From NCBI GenBank assembly GCA_964019425.1, contig OZ025801.1:434001-498000 (forward strand): a DNA stretch of 64,000 bases, read 5' to 3'. The position numbers and the translations under genes are program-made. This document shows positions 56,216 to 64,000 of this stretch, one piece after another; the stretch's first letter is position 1, and the number at the start of each line of letters is the position of its first letter. Source of the stretch: Flectonema sp. DT1601. Taxonomy: Eukaryota. Under the pieces are notes generated by a model, which saw nothing but the letters and a program-made list of their open reading frames with translations, was not told where the DNA came from and searched no databases.

Positions 56216-56779
56216 GTTATTTTGTAAAAAAAAAAAAAAAAAAAAAAGGATGATAGAAAAAGAGAAAAAACAATAACGAAAATCAAAAGATAGTGTTGAG
56301 CGCAAGAAGTTAGAAACACGAAAACAGATTAGAATTGTCTTCAGGAGATTCTGTTTGACTTATTTATCGAAAGAAGAAAATACACTTTTTTTTTTTTTTT
56401 TTGTTTCCTTTCCAGCTTTCACCGGGTTGAAAAAATAAACCAGTCACGAAAACTCACAACACATAACGCAGATCACAAGTTTGTAGAAGAATTTGCTGTT
56501 GTTGTTTACACACACTCAACATATTCCCACAAGCCTTCAGCAGGCAATAAATCCCGACCGAGGGCACCTAAAAACGCGAGGTCGGACCATCTCAACAAGG
56601 TATACGGCGTTTAACAGTAACGTACGTACCCTATGATGCTTACTGAACTGTTCCCTTGCAATACCCGTTTGAGAAAAATCCACACGAAAACAATTGAAGT
56701 TGTGAGTAGAATATATAGGGAGATAAGGGAAAGAATATAAAAAAATGATGCTTTTTTTTTTTGGGGGGAGGGAAGAATG

Positions 56780-56813
<34 letters not shown>

Positions 56814-57132
56814 TATCCCTATCAACGTGAACAGCTGGAGTAACTTACTAGTCTCTGCTATTGAGAGTCTGTAGAAACTTATCTTTTCGGACTCTCTTTT
56901 TTTTTTTTAAATCCCTTTTTTAAGCTCTTCCACAGTTCATTGTCTACTAACAAATAACTGAGAATGCCGTTCGAGGATAACTTGCTTCTCCCTGCACAAT
57001 CTATGTCTACATAGGCACAGTACCACTCAAACCACATTCCTAGAAAACAAATACGGATAATGTAATAAGTAAGAGAATATTTTAAAAAAAGAAGATAGAA
57101 GATACAAATATAAAGGGAGGGAAAGCTACACG

Positions 57133-57165
<33 letters not shown>

Positions 57166-57973
57166 CTTTTTTTTGCACCGACGAAGTCGGTAGAAGAAAC
57201 TATTCAGATAAGATATCCATTATTTATTGTGTCGTGTTATCTTTCTCCGTGATGTGATCAACAAAAAGAATAACCGGTGTAGAGAATCACACAGTACAGT
57301 ACGTCACTCCGGGTGCAGGAAGAAAGATAAGCGGCCTCAGCTGCAGATGCATCGCACGGAGATGGAGGCTTCGGGGAACTCTGCGATTGCCACGCAAGCC
57401 GCGGTCACACATGACGCAAGTGGTAACCAAGGCCGGATCCAAGCACAAGCCGGACGGGAGCCACGACCAATAAAATATAAGGCTTATCTGAAAGTTTTAA
57501 TTTATTTATTTTATTTATTTTTAGAAAAAAAAAAAAAAAACATAAGTACTCCAAATGGTGAAGGGAAGAGAGAGAGAAGAAATGTGGCCTTTTTTTTTTC
57601 AAGAAATGAAACGAAAACAGCAAGAGCAACGCAAAAAAAACAAAAAACAAAAAAAAAACAGAGGGTTCAACCAAGCACTCTACTACTACAGCTGATGAAC
57701 CAGTGCGAACCAATATAAAAAATAAAGGTTCCATTTCAGCTTTGGTACTTTTTCCCTGAATTGACCTGAAACCATCATGCAAGCATAAGAGTTCCTGAAA
57801 TTTACGACGAGAAAAAAAAAAAGAAAGGAAAGGAAAGCGGGCACCAAAAAACAACAACAAAACAAACTATTACCGATAGGAAAAACAAGAAACTCAACTT
57901 ATAAATAAATTAGACCATATATATGTGGGATTTTGCTGGATTTTTTTTTCATTATTTTTTTCTTTCCAGGAAA

Positions 57974-58009
<36 letters not shown>

Positions 58010-58210
58010 GCATAGAGCCGTCTCCACATGGAATCCAAAAAAAAATTTCAAAAAAAAAAAAAAAATGAACAACGCCCGACCAGTCAAAGGGTCCAAACCT
58101 CGCCGGTACATTATTTTCACGTACATCCTTTTTGGGTTTGCAGTTCCATGTTGAGCGACGACTCAGCACCATCAGACTTATATGTTAAGTGACAAGACGC
58201 CGTAGTCACC

Positions 58211-59697
58211 TTAACTGCTGAATAATCCCAATTCAAGTGACCGAGGAACCTCAAAAAGATCATCGCTGTTTATTATTTGTTTCTTAGATTAAAAAAGAAT
58301 TTTATTTTTTGAAAGTTTAAAAAATATATATTTTACATACGTCTTTCTAAACTGCTGCCTCCGTTCTGCAAGTGGAAGGCGTTGCTCACAACTTCCAGCT
58401 GAGAATACCTTCTGTTGGCTCTCTCTCACATCCTGTGATTCCGATATCTGTTTTGTTATTTTGTAACAACAAAGTAATTTCTAATACATTAATTATTTCT
58501 GAACGTGCTTAAGAAATACGTGACAAGTCCTGACGAGCGGACCGATGTGCAGGAAAGTATGAAAAAGAAATGAAGACAAACCTCTTGTAGCGAAGCCAGC
58601 AGTGGAGTGAGAACCAGGTCATCCTCAATATCAGCTTCAAACGAAGGAGGTGGAAGATTTAAAAGGGGTGCTGCATCTACTGGTGGCGAGTGTTGGAAAT
58701 CTTGAAGTTGAGTAGCATCAAGCTGTGGTCGTTCCCAAGGATCAGGATGACCGTTAGAGTTGTTTAATACCTGGCTATCATCCCACATACCACCAGGACT
58801 AATAATGTTAACCGAATTGAGTGAATTAGTACTACTCGGGGTTAATCCATTACTTGCAATACTCGTACCACTAGTTGGTGTAGGTGCAGGTTGCTGATGC
58901 TGAATGTGATGCTTCATATGCAGCTGTTGAGGTGCATGTTGTTGTTGTTGTTGTTGCTGTTGTTGTTGTTGTTGTTGTTGCACTTGCTGAGTCGGTACAA
59001 TCACAATTTGATTTCCTCCATTAACTCTAGCAATATGACCTATGATACTATGACCTGGAGGGGCTTGAACATGACTGGGTGAATTCCCCGGAGAGTTGAT
59101 GTGTTGTTGTTGCTGTTGTTGCCTAACAGGTGATGCAGTGAATTGAGGANNNNNNNNNNNNNNNNNNNNNNNNNNNNNNNNNNNNNNNNNNNNNNNNNNN
59201 NNNNNNNNNNNNNNNNNNNNNNNNNNNNNNNNNNNNNNNNNNNNNNNNNNNNNNNNNNNNNNNNNNNNNNNNNNNNNNNNNNNNNNNNNNNNNNNNNNNN
59301 NNNNNNNNNNNNNNNNNNNNNNNNNNNNNNNNNNNNNNNNNNNNNNNNNAAAACAGTATTGATCTTCTCTGTTTTCTATTCATCCCAGGAGCGTAGAACC
59401 ATCCTCCGTGGACAAATGCATTTGCTGGTGATCTTGGCTGTCCTTTCCCACCTTTATAACCAAATCCGCTATTATAACTACTACTTGATGGGGAGTTGCA
59501 TCCACTACCACCTCTGTACCCAGAGCTACTACCACTTCCTCTCCTATCTCCATTAGTTTTACTGCTCCATGCGCTTCCTACAGGTGAAGAAAGCCCTTGA
59601 ATTCCACGTCTACTGTATCCGTTTCCAGCTTTTGGAGGAGTCGATATTTGCCAGTGAGTGGTACTGGTTGACCCCCTTTCCTCATCCCTCCCCTCAT
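58211..59697 (-). CDS. Low-complexity Gly/Ser- and polyQ-rich protein, interrupted by the assembly gap; introns 58448-58581 and 58266-58340; apparent 1-nt frame break near the 5' end
   Basis: Frames ...GYSRRG..GGWFYAPGMNRKQRRSILF[gap]PQFTASPVRQQQ...LQE|ISESQ...RKT|DDLFEV...FSS*. Both introns are GT..CAG and in phase. Confidence 0.7.
59150..59349. other. Assembly gap (200 N)
   Basis: Run of n characters. Confidence 1.
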
Positions 59698-59861
59698 GTA
59701 ATTATATATATTCCTGTTCAAGTGATTTAGGGTAATCGTATTACAAACAACAGGTCTTAACATCACATAGGCTGCATGGAGTGTAATGACAAAACAAAAT
59801 ACAGAAAGAAAATTTGTTGCGACAGTGACAGAAGTCACTGAGTGGTTAAAGAGTTAATAAA

Positions 59862-61004
59862 TTAAAAATGAGGTCGAGATGAGGAAGTAAAATGGTTACT
59901 TCTTCTATCAAACTTTGGAGTTCCACTAGTCAGTATCGGTGAACTAATTGAAGGGAGCCGAATGTCACTACGAGCGAACGATACTCTGTTGCTAGGCTGC
60001 CTGCGAGGACCACAATTCAGAGCTCCAGAAGGTGGAAGCGGAAGTAAACTAACGTTTTCTGATTTGGGTGATTCAGCAGAAACTTGATGACCTGCCTTTA
60101 GAAGTGCTGCTGTTCGTCGCATTGTTACCGTTCGTTGATTGTCTCGTTTGATTCTGACACGAGTCATGAACGATTTCCAACTGCTTTGAATTGCTCGAAC
60201 TCTTTTAAAATACGTACCAACTGCTCTGGGGAACTGCCTTGCTTTTGAATACGATTTCAACGATGAGACTATCGCATTAACATAGTATTCAAGTCTAAAC
60301 CACTGATAAGAAATCATTCTTTGAAGCAATTGAGGATGAGATTTCCCAAGTTGCTCTTCTTCTCTATGAGGCTGTCGATGCTGTACTGGTACAAATTTAT
60401 TTGATGTTAATCTCGGAGAGCTGTTTAAATCACTGCTGCACTCCGTTGGATACAATCGAAGCAGAGCTTTTGCTTTTAAACCAGTTTTTGCACCACCACA
60501 AGTTACTACTTGTAGGACTCTATGAATCTCTGCAAAACAATAAGTTGTTAAGTAAAATAAAAAAGGATCGTCAACACTCTCGACTATGTTCGGAGGACAC
60601 GTAATTCTTGTTTTTTCATCTAAAGTTGCCCTCTCGCAGTTTAAAAGAAAAGTAGCCGTATCCTTAAAGAACAAAATACCAGCTGCATATGCCGGGGCAT
60701 CGTCACACCAGCATAATAGAGTTCCGTTGTTTGCTTCAAGTTGGTCTGACCAAGCAATGTATTGGTTTGTTGGCAAATAACATTCGCCACTGGTAAAAAC
60801 TAAGTGTAGCAATTCCCAGTCAAATGTTATAGTTGCTGCTTTGTACAACTGCAGCATTGGGAGAGGTATTCCGTGTTGTCTTTTTAATAGTTTTGATTCA
60901 CTTTCAACTGTCACGTCATTGGATTCTTTCAGTACTACAGGTGACGGAGTCCTAGCTCTCCATCGACTTATATTCGAGCTGTTTTGCAGAAGCAAGATAT
61001 CCAT
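59862..61004 (-). CDS. Protein of unknown function with an IQ-like segment (RAIQSSWKSF)
   Basis: 380-aa ORF on the coding strand of the array. Confidence 0.75.
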   Translation of the reverse strand: MDILLLQNSSNISRWRARTPSPVVLKESNDVTVESESKLLKRQHGIPLPMLQLYKAATITFDWELLHLVFTSGECYLPTNQYIAWSDQLEANNGTLLCWCDDAPAYAAGILFFKDTATFLLNCERATLDEKTRITCPPNIVESVDDPFLFYLTTYCFAEIHRVLQVVTCGGAKTGLKAKALLRLYPTECSSDLNSSPRLTSNKFVPVQHRQPHREEEQLGKSHPQLLQRMISYQWFRLEYYVNAIVSSLKSYSKARQFPRAVGTYFKRVRAIQSSWKSFMTRVRIKRDNQRTVTMRRTAALLKAGHQVSAESPKSENVSLLPLPPSGALNCGPRRQPSNRVSFARSDIRLPSISSPILTSGTPKFDRRSNHFTSSSRPHF

Positions 61005-61406
61005 TTTTTTTTTTTTTTAAAATTTCTTTTTTTTTCCCACAAGAAGACCTCGTAGCTTTTAATTATTCAAATTCCCAGCTATTCCATTTTTGGCATTCGT
61101 CGCATTTTTTTTTTTTTTTTTTTTTTTTGATGTTTTTAAATACGGCTGATTGGGTTTAAAAAAAAAAGACTGTACAATAAAATCCAAGAATAAACTTAAT
61201 TCATACAAAAAAAAAAAAAAACGAGCCGCAATTTTTCTCAGAAAGAAAAAAAACACAAATTCTAACCAATCAGTTGATTATAAAAAAACAGTAACTTAAT
61301 GTATTTCTGTCAGGGAGGTATGAACACCCTTCCCTCCCCCCTTCCCGAGTGACAAACATAAGATACCGCCAGCAGCAATACAAAAAAAAAAAAAATTTTT
61401 TTTAAA

Positions 61407-62725
61407 TTAGATAATAGACGTATTAGGATACACGTCAGCTAGTGGATTCTCCTTAGCCTTTTGTTTGGCTTCAAAATTGCTTCGGGAGGCTTCTGAAGGA
61501 GGTCGGAATCCACGAGAAGGTAGATTTTCGGGATAGTACCCTCTACCAAAGTGATTATCATCGGTGATACCTTCACCAAGTTCTGGTGCTTGTACACTAA
61601 CAAATCGAAAAATATTTCTGATGTTCTCAGCTGCTGCTTGCTTAGCTGGATGTCCCTTAGTAGACATGTGAAGCATAGTTTCCGTATCAAGGTTACTATC
61701 GAAATTAATTGAAGGTGGTGGTATCCGAATAGAATCAGTCACCCTTCGGATTATATCAGAATCTCTATTTAGTTCCCTACCCGCAGTCTCGGCACAAAGT
61801 TTTCCTTCAGACTTTAGTGTTATGAATTCTCTTAACATTCTCTCTGAGAATCTATTATCTCCTTCTTCTAAATTTGAAAATAAATCATGTAAATTTGGAT
61901 CTTTTGAAAATCCACTGAACCTCTCCACACTGGATTCTCTGTCTGCCATGGTGTTAATAGCGTTCTGTAGTATTTTTTTGTTTCTTTTTTTTTGTTTTGA
62001 TGGATAAAGCTAATGGTAGGTGTGATGCCAAAAACATTATTTTTTTTTCGTTCCTACAATACTTGTTAAATGCAAAAAGAAATCATAACACATACCACAT
62101 AGTCTTCCTCAGGTGGTGCTTTGTGTTTTTGTTCCCATCTTTCGATTGATAAGATAGAACTTTCTGGTACACCTAATCGCTGCATAGTGTCTCTGTTGTT
62201 GTTTATTAGTATTAAGAGCCTATTTCAGGGGGGTGGTAGCTAGATAATGTATTACACTCGTACATAACTAAAATAATGTTAGTTTTAACATCCAGGAATC
62301 TGGTAGTTCGGGGGGCCACGTACTACAAGTTGCGTCTTGCAGTTCGTTACAACGGAGCCTTTCTGTTAAAACAGGTCAGGAAAAAAAAAAAAAAAAACAT
62401 ACTTATAAGAGAGGTACTGACGTTGTTGGTAAAGCTCCGATCTCAGAGCGTTTGTTACTTCTCCAGGTTTCAAAGATGATTTCTTTTGGTGATCTTCCTC
62501 AATCTTACTCATGGTTTCAAAATATTTATCAGCATCGATATGACTAGTCTCCTGTGATATGGTTCCCATCACTGCCATCGCCCCTGCCATATTACCCGAC
62601 GAGCCCTCTGCAATAGATAACTTTGTCGTTGTATACATATTTGGTTTTTCCCATGTTTTTGGGTCAGTAAATTTTTTATTCGCCACTCTCTGCATTTCAT
62701 GCGCCCTTGCCATTGAATTTCCCAT
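61407..62725 (-). CDS. Single 325-aa protein with an MGNS N-terminus (possible myristoylation); exons 62403-62725, 62096-62192, 61407-61964
   Basis: GTATGT introns 62193-62402 and 61965-62095 join two ORF-track ORFs through a hidden 97-nt exon: ..LSYK|DTMQRLG..EEDYV|NAINTMADRES.. Confidence 0.78.
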
Positions 62726-63559
62726 ATTTTTTTTGCTATGATAATTAAGACCTGATAAGGTTGATGAAGGAAATAATTGGACTCCAACAGTGTGTTGGGC
62801 ATTGACCCTCCCTCTTCCACACGTAATATTTAGCTAAGAGTATCGTGTCAGTTCATGGTTCTTTTTTTTTTTTTTTTTTGGTGTGCTTCTAACAAAAAAA
62901 ACAAAAAAAAAAAAAAAACAATAAAAAATCACAGGAAATGCTGCAACAACCAACCAAACGGAGATTTTTTTTTTTTTTTCGACAAGAAAACACTTTTTTT
63001 TTTTGGAGGGGTGCCGCTTTTACGACAACTGTAATCTTCCCTCATAAGGCATTCAGAAGGCATCATTGCCGACCAAAGTACCCTCGTTCGTTGACTGCTT
63101 TAATGCTAAGCATCTGGGGATAAGGGAGTAAACAGGAAAAAAAAAAAAGACAAAGGGGGAAAGACTTCATTTTTCTTTTATCATGTCGTACTATGGCTAT
63201 TTAAGAAGAAAAATAAAACCTTCGTGTGCTTTTTTTTCTGTTATTGCATCTCTTTTTTTTTTTTTTTTTTTTAAAATTTAAAATCATCATTTTCTTTTTA
63301 TTTTTTTTTTTTAAATTCAGTTATTTCTTCTCGGTTAAAAGTTTTTTTTTTTTTTTTTTTTTTTTTTTCTTCTTTTCCATTGTGAGCGTGAGGGAACAAG
63401 GGTTGAAATGCCACTCTCAAAAGGAAGAGCAACATCCCAAAGTACTAGTACTGGGCTACACACTATAATCAGATCATAACAAAATTACTCTTTTCCATTC
63501 GTTAGCGAAATAAAGCGTCATCTCACGTTACACGGAACTACACAACAATATCAAGTCTT

Positions 63560-64000
63560 TTAAGAAACCAATCTACCTAGAAAAATAACAGAGCAGAATA
63601 AGCACATGAATGCTGTAATTAAGTAAAATGGTTCCCAAATAAGATCAAAAGTAGTGAACTTAAATATAACTTCAAGCTCTTCATTCCTTTCTGGGGAAGC
63701 AAGCATTTTATCGTTTAAGATGATGACGGTACGTCCAGTGTAATCAAGGTAGGTAGCTCTGATTTCAATGTCGTAGTCTTCAATTTGCTTTCCTCCAACC
63801 TTTACAATTGGAGCTGGTACACCTTCTGGAAGAACAATCTCAACCTTCATATCCTCAACAATCAAGTCTTTCATTGGAGATGCGTATGGTACTTTCAATC
63901 TGTTCATTCCATCAGCAGTCTTGTGTAAGACATTTTCTAAAGCAAGGTTGTAGCCGTAGTAGAATCTGGTTGTCCATCCTCCAAAGAGAGGAAATCTTTG
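63560..64000 (-). CDS. RPN1: Ribophorin I (oligosaccharyltransferase subunit OST1), C-terminal part; the true 3' end may involve another intron
   Basis: RFPLFGGW.T.F..GYN, IVLPEG, TYLDYTGR.V and EP followed by a TM helix. Confidence 0.88.
   Translation of the reverse strand, partial: QRFPLFGGWTTRFYYGYNLALENVLHKTADGMNRLKVPYASPMKDLIVEDMKVEIVLPEGVPAPIVKVGGKQIEDYDIEIRATYLDYTGRTVIILNDKMLASPERNEELEVIFKFTTFDLIWEPFYLITAFMCLFCSVIFLGRLVS

Noticed and set aside
6669..62402. Non-canonical (euglenid or marine-diplonemid type) introns
   Set aside because: Every intron needed to restore frames is GT-AG.

Overview
AT-rich eukaryotic nuclear DNA, most likely a euglenozoan such as a diplonemid. This is an inference from a kinetoplastid-like CDKL kinase, an MMRR-type mitochondrial presequence and a unidirectional gene array, combined with frequent GT-AG introns, ribophorin I and an iGluR. 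All 24 protein genes I can support lie on the minus strand and use the standard code: a partial myosin-like gene, METTL25-like, BMS1, a giant multi-TM adenylyl cyclase, a PAN-TM-MAP3K receptor kinase, an ionotropic glutamate receptor, a C2/Kelch giant with a stand-alone paralogue of its N-terminal domain, an atypical thioredoxin, three tandem ACP5-type acid phosphatases, a CDKL kinase, an ABHD11-like hydrolase, ribophorin I and several unknowns. I reconstructed 16 frame-restoring cis introns by hand. All end in CAG preceded by an A/C-rich, often pure poly-A, tract instead of a polypyrimidine tract, while the AG acceptors in front of most start codons have classical U-rich tracts. This suggests a cis- versus trans-splice acceptor code. 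Non-coding DNA holds dispersed repeats with several decayed hammerhead-ribozyme-like motifs, internally deleted local duplications, an LRR pseudogene and a 200-N assembly gap.
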